From Nannocystales bacterium (lineage in GTDB: Bacteria > Myxococcota_A > Polyangia > Nannocystales > Nannocystaceae): 64,000 bases of DNA. Under the pieces are notes generated by a model. That model made no database searches. It saw only the letters and a program-made list of their open reading frames with translations, and was not told the DNA's origin. The stretch lies in the NCBI GenBank assembly GCA_050633305.1, contig JBOEGF010000013.1, positions 64,001 to 128,000 of the forward strand, read 5' to 3'. Made by a program: the position numbers and the translations under genes. This document shows positions 38,072-47,518 of this stretch, one piece after another; position 1 is the first letter of the stretch, and each line of letters starts with the position of its first letter.

Positions 38072-38971
38072 ATGACGATGAACGAAATGACTTGGTTGCT
38101 CGGTGTGGACCTCAGGCCAGACGCGGAAGGGGCCGTAGCCTTCGCTTCGTGGCTTGCCTCCGCTCGTCGGGAGGACACCGTGATCCCCGTGCACGTGCTC
38201 GTCGCCGACCACCTTCAGGCGGTGCTGCAACGTCGGCACCTCGCCGAGGTTCAAGACGCAGCGAAGGCCGCGATGTTGACCCTCATCGCCAAGCACGACA
38301 CCGACAACCACTTCGCACCACCGAGAATCGTCGAAGGTGGGACGGCCGAAGGTCGACTCGAGCTCATCCGCGAGGAAGAGAGCGCACGGGTGCTGGTCGT
38401 CAACCGATTCGCGACCGAAGCGCGTCGAAGCCTTCGGCGATTGGGCCGGGTCGCACGTCGGTCTCTTCGTGCGCTCAACTCCCCAGTGATCACCGTCCCC
38501 CCCGGCCTCACCGCGGAGAAGATCGGTAAGGGCCCAGTGCTGGTCACCACCAACCTCACCGAGGAGTGCGGGCGCGCGCTCGAGTTCGGTGCCGACCTTG
38601 CGAAACGCCTCGGCCGCAAGCTCGTCGTCACGACCGTGCGTCGAGTCCCCGATCAGCAGGCGCCGTCGTACATGCACGAGGCCGCGACGGACAAAGTCGC
38701 CGAGGTTCGCACCCAGGAGACCGCCGCCGCGCTGGCAAAATGGGTCGAGGACCACAACGAGACCGTCGATGAGCAGGTCGTGTTGCTCGGCGAGGTCGTC
38801 ACGACCGTCACCAGCTTGGCTGCCGAGCGCGACGCGTGTCTGATCGTCGCAGGGTCGCGACCGCTCTCGCAGCTCGAGCGTATGTTCCTGACCTCCGTCG
38901 GCCGCGGGCTGTCGGCGATCAGCACCACACCCGTCGCGATCGTGCCTCCGGGCGACATCCCGCCCAAGTAG
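38072..38971 (+). CDS. Tandem universal stress protein (USP)
   Basis: LLGVDL...A..FA, LGRVARR, VLVTTNL...ALEFG, LIVAGSR and FLTSVGR....PVAIVP. Confidence 0.9.
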   Translation: MTMNEMTWLLGVDLRPDAEGAVAFASWLASARREDTVIPVHVLVADHLQAVLQRRHLAEVQDAAKAAMLTLIAKHDTDNHFAPPRIVEGGTAEGRLELIREEESARVLVVNRFATEARRSLRRLGRVARRSLRALNSPVITVPPGLTAEKIGKGPVLVTTNLTEECGRALEFGADLAKRLGRKLVVTTVRRVPDQQAPSYMHEAATDKVAEVRTQETAAALAKWVEDHNETVDEQVVLLGEVVTTVTSLAAERDACLIVAGSRPLSQLERMFLTSVGRGLSAISTTPVAIVPPGDIPPK

Positions 38972-38998
38972 ACGCGACTTCGCGGTCCGGGCTGCGCA

Positions 38999-40045
38999 TC
39001 ACAGCGTCGCGATCACCCGCATCACCGCATCGACATCCCCCGGATGGTTGAGACGTCCGAAGCTGAAGCGAACCGTGCCCTCGGGCGCGCCGAGCATCGC
39101 GGTGGCTGAGGGCGCGCAGTGGCGCCCAGCTCGGACAACGATGCCTTCCGCGGCGAAGACCGCCTCCGCCTTGCCAACGGCTAGTCCATCGAAACAGGCC
39201 GAGAGCACCCCCGTCGACGGCCCCTCGCCTCCGAACACGTGACACCCAGGGTGTTGCACGAGCGCAGCGCGCAACTCGTCGCGCAGAGAGGCTGCGATGC
39301 AAGGCTCCCCAGCGGCGTCCGACGACAGCCATTGGAGACTCCGACTCATCGCGACCGCACTCGGAAGGTCGACCGAGCCCAAGTCGCAGAACCCGATGTC
39401 GATGCTGCACGTGTCCGCGAGCCAGAGTCCCCCGACCCCCAGCGGCGCCATCGGTCCTTTGTGTCCCGCGAACGCGACCGCATCCGCGCCGAGCGACTCG
39501 AAGTGAAGAGGCTGTAGCCCAGCGACCTGTGCAGCATCCACCAAGACCTGGACGCCGTGCCGTCGCGCCTGCGCGATGATCTCAACCAGAGGTAGGCACT
39601 CGCCCGTCACATTCGATGCGGCGGTGACGACCACCCACCGAACCCTCCCCTCGGTGAGCATCTCCTCGTAGCGTTCCAGGTCGAACGCAGTCCCCTGCCG
39701 ATAGGGCACGACGCGATGCTCGATGCCGACGTTGCGAACGAGGTCGGCGATCGGGCTGAGCACCGCCTCGTGTTCGACCGCGCTGCTGAGTACGACATCA
39801 CCTACCGTCCATGGGATGCGCCGCAGCGCCGTGGCCAACGCCGCCGTACACCCGGGCGTGAGCAGCAGCCGGGAGGGCACACTGATGCCGAAGCTCGCCG
39901 CGATGTCTGAACGGGCCCGCTCGAACAGCGGTCCGTACGTTCGCGGATCCGCCGTCATCACTTCGGCGACGGCCTCGGCGCAACCGGGAGCCTTCGGCCA
40001 GCTGGTGCCCGCGTTGTTGAGGTAGCAAAGATCTCGCTCAGGCAC
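38999..40045 (-). CDS. Class V PLP aminotransferase / cysteine desulfurase-like
   Basis: YLNNAGTSWPK, EHEAV, ASNVTG, VDAAQ, GHKG (PLP Lys), VRAGRHCAP (catalytic Cys) and GTVRFSFG. Confidence 0.88.
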   Translation of the reverse strand: MPERDLCYLNNAGTSWPKAPGCAEAVAEVMTADPRTYGPLFERARSDIAASFGISVPSRLLLTPGCTAALATALRRIPWTVGDVVLSSAVEHEAVLSPIADLVRNVGIEHRVVPYRQGTAFDLERYEEMLTEGRVRWVVVTAASNVTGECLPLVEIIAQARRHGVQVLVDAAQVAGLQPLHFESLGADAVAFAGHKGPMAPLGVGGLWLADTCSIDIGFCDLGSVDLPSAVAMSRSLQWLSSDAAGEPCIAASLRDELRAALVQHPGCHVFGGEGPSTGVLSACFDGLAVGKAEAVFAAEGIVVRAGRHCAPSATAMLGAPEGTVRFSFGRLNHPGDVDAVMRVIATL

Positions 40046-40093
40046 GGCCGCACCATAGCGCCGCCCGAACCCACGTGCAGGCTCTGAGGGACA

Positions 40094-40768
40094 CTACTCA
40101 GGCTCGAACCTCAGCGTGAGCCTCGCGCCACGCCGCCCGGAATCCTTCGGCGCCGGAAACAACGTCGACAACGTGGTTTCCCGAATGCACTCGATCATCT
40201 CCTCGTCTTGGATCTCGTTTTCCTCCCCAAGTTCGAACGACTCGACGATGCCGCCAACGTCCTCGTCGCCGACCATCTCGAGGTTGATGTCGATCAGGCC
40301 CGCGATGCCGGGGTCCCGCTCCGCCGCCGCTTCGTAGCACTCGTCCACGAGCGGCATGAGGTCCTTGCTCACCGCATCCATCAGGTCGCTGAGCTCACCG
40401 TCGCTCTTGTCCTTGATGGGGTGGGCTTGACCGGGGCCGTCGTCGTCGCCCTCGTCGCCCGGTGCCGTGTCGTTGTGGGGAGAAGATGATGGGTCCTTCG
40501 AGCCCTGAGTACGGCGGCGGGCCACACCGTCTGCGATCCGCCGCAAGTAGGCTTCGCGCTGCTTCGCATCGACCTGACGCTTGCTGGTCACCCGCTCAAC
40601 ATCGACCGCCGCTCTCGAACCGACCGCCGGCGCGCGTACAGGTTGAACCACCGTGACCGTCGCTTGCGAGGGCGCTGCGTTGCCCTGGAGCACATCCTCG
40701 GGTGCCCACAGCGAAATCGCGCCGACCGTCAGGACTGCCAGCGCGAGCACGATCCACAACCGCTTCAT
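40094..40768 (-). CDS. Membrane-anchored AgmX/PglI (TonB-C-like) domain protein
   Basis: N-terminal TM and C-terminal ECYE.A..RDP...G.I....CIRE....FPAP. AGGAGAGG RBS. Confidence 0.7.
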   Translation of the reverse strand: MKRLWIVLALAVLTVGAISLWAPEDVLQGNAAPSQATVTVVQPVRAPAVGSRAAVDVERVTSKRQVDAKQREAYLRRIADGVARRRTQGSKDPSSSPHNDTAPGDEGDDDGPGQAHPIKDKSDGELSDLMDAVSKDLMPLVDECYEAAAERDPGIAGLIDINLEMVGDEDVGGIVESFELGEENEIQDEEMIECIRETTLSTLFPAPKDSGRRGARLTLRFEPE

Positions 40769-41064
40769 GCACCTCTCCTATCAAGCCCGAGGCCGGAACT
40801 GACGGATTGGGCTGGGTCCGAACGAGTGGAGTGCCTTTTCTGTGATGCTCGAACCCCTGGTGATCGTTCGCCGACGGACGGACACTACCCATCTGAATGC
40901 CGCCGCTCGCGTTGCTCGACGTCACGGCTCAGTACGAGGGCACCACGGTCTTGGAGACCCAGCGCAGCCCAACGCACGAGCCCAACGACACGCACTGGGG
41001 CCCCGGCTGCGGCTCGTGCCCACGGTCAGTCTCAGAGACGCTCTCCCTTCCCTAAGGGCCTCGC

Positions 41065-41739
41065 TCAAGCACCGCGGTACGACTTCACGAGCTGCTCGAG
41101 CAGTTCGTGCGCCGACCCCGGCTGTGCCGCGAGAGCGTGCGCCAAGCCGACCGACAGCTCGTCCCGCGCACCCGGTCGAACGGGCGGAGACTCGCTCGCA
41201 TGTTGGGCTGCGGAGAACCAGTGCTGCACGGCGACCAACCGATGCAGCCGCGGCGCCAGGTCGTTGGGCCAACCGGACGAGCCACGATACGGCGACGACT
41301 CCGGTCCCAACGCGGCCTGTGCCTGGATCGCCGACAGCTGCTCGAGCGCCGCGGCTTCGTAGTGCTCGGCGCCATCGCCAAGATCCTCGACCGGCTGGTC
41401 CTTCCAATCGAAGTAGGAGTCCACCGCGCGCTCCTGCGGCTCGAGGGTCCCGTAGTCCAGGACCGTCGGGAGCCCACCGAGGTACCCCTCGAGCGAGCGC
41501 GCCAACACCTCCGTGCCGCCGCTGACGATGCGCTCGACCGGGATCCCGAGGTGGTGTGCGAGATGGACGGCCCACAGCGGGGATTTCGCGCCCTCCCACA
41601 ACTCGTCGGTGGTCCGCGCCTCACGGAGCCAGTCTTCCCGCCCCTCGGGCTCGGGCGGTTCGTGGCGCTGGACCACGCGGGCCAAGGTTTGCGACAGCGC
41701 CAGCCGCAGTCGCGCAAACCGACGATTGAGCCAGAACAT
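41065..41739 (-). CDS. Hypothetical protein
   Basis: 224-aa ORF with high GC3 and a 'SPYRG' motif common in myxobacterial proteins. Confidence 0.6.
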   Translation of the reverse strand: MFWLNRRFARLRLALSQTLARVVQRHEPPEPEGREDWLREARTTDELWEGAKSPLWAVHLAHHLGIPVERIVSGGTEVLARSLEGYLGGLPTVLDYGTLEPQERAVDSYFDWKDQPVEDLGDGAEHYEAAALEQLSAIQAQAALGPESSPYRGSSGWPNDLAPRLHRLVAVQHWFSAAQHASESPPVRPGARDELSVGLAHALAAQPGSAHELLEQLVKSYRGA

Positions 41740-41842
41740 GACGAGGGCAGTGTAGCGGGCAGAGCGATTCTGGCACCCCGCCTGCTCCTCGCTGCGGGTG
41801 CGCGAACCGCGAGGAGGCGTGGAAGAAAAAAGTGACCGACTC

Positions 41843-41869
41843 TGTCGATCCGCGCCGCGCTTGTTCGTC
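41843..41869 (+). promoter_or_regulatory. ECF42-type promoter
   Basis: TGTCGA-N17-CGTC, 23 nt upstream of the yciI ATG. Matches the described ECF42 target (-35 TGTCGA, -10 CG(A/T)C). Confidence 0.75.
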
Positions 41870-41892
41870 GGCTAGGCAGAAGGAACCCACCG

Positions 41893-42249
41893 ATGCAGTA
41901 CATGCTCCTGATCTACAGCGAAGAGTCCGACACCCAGCCTCCCGAGGAGACGCAGAAGGAAGTCTTTGCGGCCTACATGGCCTACAATGACGCGCTCAAG
42001 AAGGCCGACGTCTACGTGGCCGGTGACGCGCTCCTTCCCACCGCCACGGCCACCACCGTCCGGGTTCGAGGCTCCGAGCAGCTGGTCACCGACGGGCCGT
42101 TCGCCGAGACCACCGAGGCGCTGGGTGGCTACTACCTGATCGAAGCCAAGGACATCGACGAGGCGGTCAAGTGGGCCAAACAGTGCCCCGGCTCGCAATA
42201 CGGGACGATCGAGGTCCGGCCCGTGATGGTCATCCCTGGGGTCGACTAG
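41893..42249 (+). CDS. YciI-family (DGPF) protein
   Basis: MQYMLLIY, VTDGPFAETTEALGGYYLI and IEVRP. Confidence 0.93.
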   Translation: MQYMLLIYSEESDTQPPEETQKEVFAAYMAYNDALKKADVYVAGDALLPTATATTVRVRGSEQLVTDGPFAETTEALGGYYLIEAKDIDEAVKWAKQCPGSQYGTIEVRPVMVIPGVD

Positions 42250-42292
42250 CGACCATCCGCGAGCCCGAGCTCCGCTGCTACATTGCGGCGGC

Positions 42293-43570
42293 GTGTCGGA
42301 CCCGGACCTCGAGCGAGCGATCAACCGCGTATTCAAGGCCGAGCACGGCGCTGTGGTTGCGCGGCTCGTCGCGAGCCTGGGGGACTTCGACCTCGCCGAG
42401 GAAGCGCTGCAAGACGCCTTCATGCAGGCGCTCCAGCGATGGCCCGTGTCCGGGATTCCCGAACGCCCGGGCGCTTGGCTCAGCTCGGTCGCACGCAACC
42501 GCGGGCTCGACCGTATCCGCCGCGAGCGCGTGTTTGCGACCAAAGCCGCCTCGATGAAGGCGACCGCAGAGGCGCTCGGCGACGACCGCATTCGCACCGA
42601 CGACACCGAAGATGCACTCGACCGCGCCGCCATGGAACACGCCCTCCCCGATGAGCGGCTACGGTTGATCTTCACCTGCTGCCACCCCGCCCTCTCCAAT
42701 GAGGCTCGTGTTGCGCTCACCTTGCGCATGCTCGGCGGCCTCTCGACTCCCGAGATCGCCCGCGCGTTTCTGGTGCAGGAAAGCACGATGGCGCAGCGTC
42801 TCGTGCGTGCGAAGAAGAAGATCCACGGCGCCAACATTCCGTTCCGCATTCCTCCTGCGGATGTGCTTCCCGAGCGCATCGACTCCGTCCTGGCCGTCGT
42901 CTATCTGATCTTCAACGAGGGCTATGCGGTCACCGACGGCGAAAACCTGACCCGAGGAGACCTGTGCGAGGAGGCGATCCGGCTCGGCGCCATCCTCACC
43001 CGGTTGCTCCCCGAGACCCCCGAGGTTCGAGGTCTGTACTCGCTGATGCTGCTCCACGATGCCCGTCGTGGGGCCCGACTCGATCAGCACGGCGACCTCG
43101 TGGTCCTCGAGCGTCAGGACCGAAGTCGCTGGGACAGCACGAAGACGGCCGCTGGTATCACCGCGCTCACGGCCGCCATCGAAATGGGCGCGCTCGGCCC
43201 CTACCAAGTCCAAGCCGCCATCTCGGCCGAACACGCGGTCTCCCCGTCTTGGGAGCAGACCCGGTGGGACCGGGTGCTCGAACTCTACGACAGGCTTCTC
43301 GACTTCGCCCCCTCTCCCATGGTCGCGCTCAACCGATGCGTACCGTTGGCGATGACTGGACGCAGCGACGCTGCCCTCGAGCAGGTCAACCAACTCGAAG
43401 ACGCCCTTGGCACGCACTACAAGCACGCGGTCGTGCGCGCCTGGCTCCTGGCGAACGCGGGTCAGACCGAAGCGGCTCGCGCGGCGTACAGCAAAGCGAT
43501 CGAGGGCTGCTCCAACACAGCCGAACGGCGCCACCTCGAGCGCGAGTCGAGGCGGCGCTGTGCCAACTAA
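42293..43570 (+). CDS. ECF42-group sigma factor with C-terminal TPR extension
   Basis: DFDLAEEALQDAF, LRLIFTCCHP, GLSTPEIARAF, AQRLVRAK, YLIFNEGY, QDRSRWD and GPYQVQAAI. Confidence 0.92.
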   Translation: MSDPDLERAINRVFKAEHGAVVARLVASLGDFDLAEEALQDAFMQALQRWPVSGIPERPGAWLSSVARNRGLDRIRRERVFATKAASMKATAEALGDDRIRTDDTEDALDRAAMEHALPDERLRLIFTCCHPALSNEARVALTLRMLGGLSTPEIARAFLVQESTMAQRLVRAKKKIHGANIPFRIPPADVLPERIDSVLAVVYLIFNEGYAVTDGENLTRGDLCEEAIRLGAILTRLLPETPEVRGLYSLMLLHDARRGARLDQHGDLVVLERQDRSRWDSTKTAAGITALTAAIEMGALGPYQVQAAISAEHAVSPSWEQTRWDRVLELYDRLLDFAPSPMVALNRCVPLAMTGRSDAALEQVNQLEDALGTHYKHAVVRAWLLANAGQTEAARAAYSKAIEGCSNTAERRHLERESRRRCAN

Positions 43571-43599
43571 TCCCCAGGAGAACAGCCGCGCCAAGGCTG

Positions 43600-45228
43600 C
43601 TACGGCAGCGGGCCGACGTACTCCCAGACTTCCAGCGACGCCTCGTTGGGACCCTTGCCATCCCCACTGAGTCCGCCGAAGAGAATCATTTTGTTCCCTC
43701 CGACCGCCGCCATGCCGAAGTTGAACCGAGGCGAGGGTGCAGCCGGAGGCGCAAGATCGAGCCAGACCCCGGTGTCCGAGTCGTACGAGAACGTCCCGGC
43801 AGTAGGAACCTCATTCACGTCTCGGCCTCCAAATGCCACGGCGAGGTTGCTCCGGATATAGACGAGTTCGTGAGAGTAGACGGGCCCCAGCGCGGGTGCA
43901 GCGTGCTCGGTGATCGTGCTTGAACCCAGCGCAAACTCGTACGCGCTCGACAGCACACTCGGGTCCGCGGAGCCGAGATAGCCGCCGCTGAGGGTGACGA
44001 CACCATCGCCATCAAACGCAGCCGCGGCCGCCAAGCGTGCGCCCGGCTCCAAGCCGTCGAACTCCACCCAGGTCTGCGTTCCGACGTCGTACAAGAACAG
44101 TCCCCCCGCGATCTCTGGCGTGGCGTCCACGCCCCCATAGCTGAAGATGCCCCCGTCAAACCCGGCGACGGCAGCTTGGTGACGCTGTGGCGGGATGCCG
44201 TTGTTCATGCTCGACACCCAGTTCATCTCCGCTGCGCTGAAGTGCCAGGTGTCGCTCTGCGCCGCTCCCCCATCCCCGGGGACCAACGTGCCCCCGTTGA
44301 GCACCACAAGTCCATCGCCCGCGTTGTCCATTCCGTAGGAGAATCGAGCCGTCGGAGATGTCGTCGGGGCCAACTCGGTCCATTCGTTGGCCTCGATGTC
44401 GTACGTCCACGTGTCTCCCAGGACCGAGCCGTCGCCACCACGCCCACCAAAGGTCAGGAGCGTTCCGGCCTCGAGCACGGACAGCGCCATGTTGTAACGA
44501 GCGGACGGACCGCCTTTGGGGGTGATGTTCCGCCAAGCGTTCGGAGTGGTCCTCGCGCGAACACCGATCTCGAACGTCGCTTCGTCGGCATCGTTGTTGT
44601 CGATCACCACCTGCGCCTGCTTCTCGCCGCCGTTGAGCGGCGTGAAGGTCACCGTGAAACTCGTACTTTCGCCAGGGCCGAGGGTCGGCGCCAGTCCAGC
44701 GTCGTCGAGTTCGAAATGCGCCACCGCATCTCCGCCAAGCGAAACACCACTGAGCTCGAGGTCACCATCCCCGGCGTTTGAGACCTCGACGGTGACGGAA
44801 TCCCCCGCTGCTCCAACGTCGGTCGTGTTGGGCGCGGTCACGGTCTCCCCCGACTCGATGCCGGATGCGTTGAGCGTCACCTCGATCTCAGGCTCGCCAG
44901 GGACGCCCGTGGTCGTCGACGCGTCGGTCGTCTCGCTGCTGCTGCTGCTCGGGTCTCCGGTGCTGGAGCTGGAGCTCCCCGACGTCGAGGTCTCCGAAGT
45001 TCCTGTGTCGGGGTCGATGGTCGTGCTCCCGGTCGAGGTGCTCCCCGATGTCGAGCCACTGCTCGTGCTGCTGCCCGTGCTGGGACCGACGGTCATGCTC
45101 CCCGATGTCGACCCGCCGGTGCCCGTGCCATCATCATCGTCATCGGTCTCCCCACTCCCCGCCGGGTTGTCGACACATCCGACCATCAACACCGCGCCAG
45201 CCAGCAAAATCCTAAGGCTGTATTCCAT
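43600..45228 (-). CDS. Lipoprotein with S/T stalk, ASH/choice-of-anchor D Ig domain and Kelch propeller
   Basis: MVG-C lipobox, VSNAGDGDLEL...FTVTFTP...NNDADE, and Kelch repeats (PSARY..M, FGG..DTWTYD...W). Confidence 0.85.
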   Translation of the reverse strand: MEYSLRILLAGAVLMVGCVDNPAGSGETDDDDDGTGTGGSTSGSMTVGPSTGSSTSSGSTSGSTSTGSTTIDPDTGTSETSTSGSSSSSTGDPSSSSSETTDASTTTGVPGEPEIEVTLNASGIESGETVTAPNTTDVGAAGDSVTVEVSNAGDGDLELSGVSLGGDAVAHFELDDAGLAPTLGPGESTSFTVTFTPLNGGEKQAQVVIDNNDADEATFEIGVRARTTPNAWRNITPKGGPSARYNMALSVLEAGTLLTFGGRGGDGSVLGDTWTYDIEANEWTELAPTTSPTARFSYGMDNAGDGLVVLNGGTLVPGDGGAAQSDTWHFSAAEMNWVSSMNNGIPPQRHQAAVAGFDGGIFSYGGVDATPEIAGGLFLYDVGTQTWVEFDGLEPGARLAAAAAFDGDGVVTLSGGYLGSADPSVLSSAYEFALGSSTITEHAAPALGPVYSHELVYIRSNLAVAFGGRDVNEVPTAGTFSYDSDTGVWLDLAPPAAPSPRFNFGMAAVGGNKMILFGGLSGDGKGPNEASLEVWEYVGPLP

Positions 45229-45277
45229 CGCTACATTGGAGGACAGGTTGCGTCCTCGAGCAAGGGATGCGGGTACC

Positions 45278-47368
45278 ATGCGCGCGATGATCCGCCCGGC
45301 TGGACTCACGTTGTTGCTCACCACGCTCGCGCTCCCCGCAGGCTGTGCTTCCAGCGCTGCAACTCAGCCGACTTCCAGCGCACCACGTATGCACGACTAC
45401 GGTCTGCGCGTGTTCTCAGGCGGCGCAGAGTCCGACATGGCGGCGCTCATCGAGACGGTCTCGAAGGCTGACTACGTCCTCATTGGCGAGACGCACCTCG
45501 ACGACCAGACGCACCGTCTCGAGCACACCATTCTCGAAGGCGTCCTGGCTCGGCGGGGGGCAGACGCCACCATCTTGAGCATGGAGATGTTCACGCGCGA
45601 CCAGCAGCCCGCGCTCGATGGCTATGTCGCAGGGACCCTGGACGAGGCCGCTTTTCTCTCACAGGCACCCCCGTGGCCCAACTATCGGACCGGCTACCGC
45701 CCGTTGGTGGAGACCGCCAAGCGCAATGGAGTCCCGGTCATCGGTGCCAACCTCCCGCGGTCCCTGCAACGCGCGTTCGGGATGAAGAAAGAAGCCGCGC
45801 TCGAGGAGCTCACGCCGGAACAACGCGGTTGGTTTCCCGCCGAGGTCTACCCGCCAACAGAGTCATACTGGGCACGCATCGAGAACCGACTCCGCGATGC
45901 GGGACACGGACACATGGGCGCGCTCGATGCCGAAGGGCGCAAGTGGTCGACCCAGAATCTCTGGGACAACACGATGGCCGACGCCATGGTTCAAGCCCGG
46001 CTCGCCAAGCCCGGGGCGGCGGTCGTGCACGTGGTTGGAGGATTTCACGCCGAGTATGGCGACGGCATCGCCAACCAGCTGCGGCAACGGGACCCGAACA
46101 CGACGATCGCCATCGTCACCATCGACCCCGTCTCCGACCTCCGCGGCATCGAAGCCGACAACGGCATGGACCGAGCCGACTTCGTCGTCTATGCGCTGGC
46201 CGATGCCCGCGGCCTGAACTCCGGTACGCACGGCATCACCGTGCATGACGAGCTGAAGTACCGACTCGCGGCGCCCGCCGTTGGCGAGCCCGAGGGGTTG
46301 CTGGTCTGGCTCGGAGACGACGAGACCTCGCCCAAAGATGCGCTGACGTATTGGAAGGCCGCGCTCGGCGACCGGGTGATGATCGCGGTGGTCGAACCCA
46401 CGTACCCCGTGCTGACCGACGACGCTCGGGTCAGCGGGCGATGGACCTGGCCCAGCAGTTTCGCGGGCGATGCGGGTCGGGTGGTCGGGGCCATCGATGG
46501 CATGGCGTCCTACCTTGGGCACCGCTGGCAGATCCCCGAGGGGCGAATCGTGGTCGCAGGACGTGGCAGCGGAGCCGACGTCGCCCTGTGGGCCGGACTA
46601 TACGGCGACGCGGCGGACAAAGTCGTTGCACTGCACCCCTCCTCGCCACGTCGGCTCGCCGAAGCCGGCCTTCCCGACGAGACTCCGAAGGGCCGTAGCA
46701 TCGTGATCGCGGGCGAAGCCAAAGCCATGGAGACCGCCAAGAAAACCCTCAGCCTCGCGGGGGCCCAGGCGGAGGTTGAGCCTTCAATCGACGCGGAGAC
46801 CGAGATCCGCCGGGCGCTGGCACTGCCCGCGCGCCCCCTCACGGGAGAACCGGAAGCCCTGAGTATCGTGACACAGACCCCAATCGCGTTGCAGTGGGCG
46901 CGGCTCCACGCACGGCTTGCCGAGCGAGATGGCACGCCGCGAACCGTCGTTGTCGATTCCACGAAGCCATCCGCGCTGACCCCCCAGCCGGCCACTTTCA
47001 GCGAAGGCAAGGGGCTCCCGCTCGCCCCCGGTGCTTTCGGCGGCACCACCATCCTCGTCCTCCCGGCCAAACTCGACCCGGCGGTCCGGGACGCTTGGCT
47101 CAAGCTTGGGGAGGACGACGTCCTCAAGAAGCGAAGCCGGTTCGCAACGCTCGTCGTGGTGGACGATGCTGCCCTCGGCCCCAAGCTCGACGAACTCCGC
47201 GAGAAGGGCAAACGCAGCATGCTGATCGTCCCAGCATCCTTCGCCGAGGGGTCCGAGCGCATGGAAGCGCTCCAGAAACTGGTCCAGCCCCACCAGGAGG
47301 GCCTCGATGTGCACTACCTGCCGGGCCTCGGCGGCTCGTGGGCGTCGTCGCTGGCCGCACAGGGGTAG
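45278..47368 (+). CDS. ChaN/EreA-like lipoprotein fused to a degenerate alpha/beta-hydrolase-like domain
   Basis: PAG-C lipobox, DYVLIGETH, LSMEMF, WPNY..GYRPL, QNLWDNTMA and VGGFH. The C-terminal half has LLVWLG...RIVVAGRGSGA. Confidence 0.8.
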   Translation: MRAMIRPAGLTLLLTTLALPAGCASSAATQPTSSAPRMHDYGLRVFSGGAESDMAALIETVSKADYVLIGETHLDDQTHRLEHTILEGVLARRGADATILSMEMFTRDQQPALDGYVAGTLDEAAFLSQAPPWPNYRTGYRPLVETAKRNGVPVIGANLPRSLQRAFGMKKEAALEELTPEQRGWFPAEVYPPTESYWARIENRLRDAGHGHMGALDAEGRKWSTQNLWDNTMADAMVQARLAKPGAAVVHVVGGFHAEYGDGIANQLRQRDPNTTIAIVTIDPVSDLRGIEADNGMDRADFVVYALADARGLNSGTHGITVHDELKYRLAAPAVGEPEGLLVWLGDDETSPKDALTYWKAALGDRVMIAVVEPTYPVLTDDARVSGRWTWPSSFAGDAGRVVGAIDGMASYLGHRWQIPEGRIVVAGRGSGADVALWAGLYGDAADKVVALHPSSPRRLAEAGLPDETPKGRSIVIAGEAKAMETAKKTLSLAGAQAEVEPSIDAETEIRRALALPARPLTGEPEALSIVTQTPIALQWARLHARLAERDGTPRTVVVDSTKPSALTPQPATFSEGKGLPLAPGAFGGTTILVLPAKLDPAVRDAWLKLGEDDVLKKRSRFATLVVVDDAALGPKLDELREKGKRSMLIVPASFAEGSERMEALQKLVQPHQEGLDVHYLPGLGGSWASSLAAQG

Positions 47369-47518
47369 AACCAGAGGCGGGCATTTAATCCCGGGCGCTC
47401 GGTTCCTACAACTCCGGCGTTCTGCAGCGTCCACCGACGGGCACTCAAACGCCCGACAAGGGCTGTCAGACCCCTGCAGGGCGATGCTAACGTTCGCGCC
47501 TGCGCCGATTCGCCCGAC

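Noticed and set aside
40973..40986. 14-mer CGCACGAGCCCAAC shared with ~61890, and 12-mer CGGTACCCCAAC shared between ~6596 and ~61226
   Set aside because: Matches this short are expected by chance in 64 kb of GC-rich DNA, and the flanks do not align.
44516..45277. N-terminal extensions in the ORF track (e.g. 44516, 52295, 8307, 16294, 21650, 61090)
   Set aside because: They overlap opposite-strand genes or intergenic DNA. Downstream starts give proper signal peptides or domain boundaries.
47369..47518. Riboswitch (c-di-AMP or Na+-type) ahead of the antiporter gene
   Set aside because: I could not identify the conserved sequence elements by eye. An Rfam scan would be needed to exclude it.
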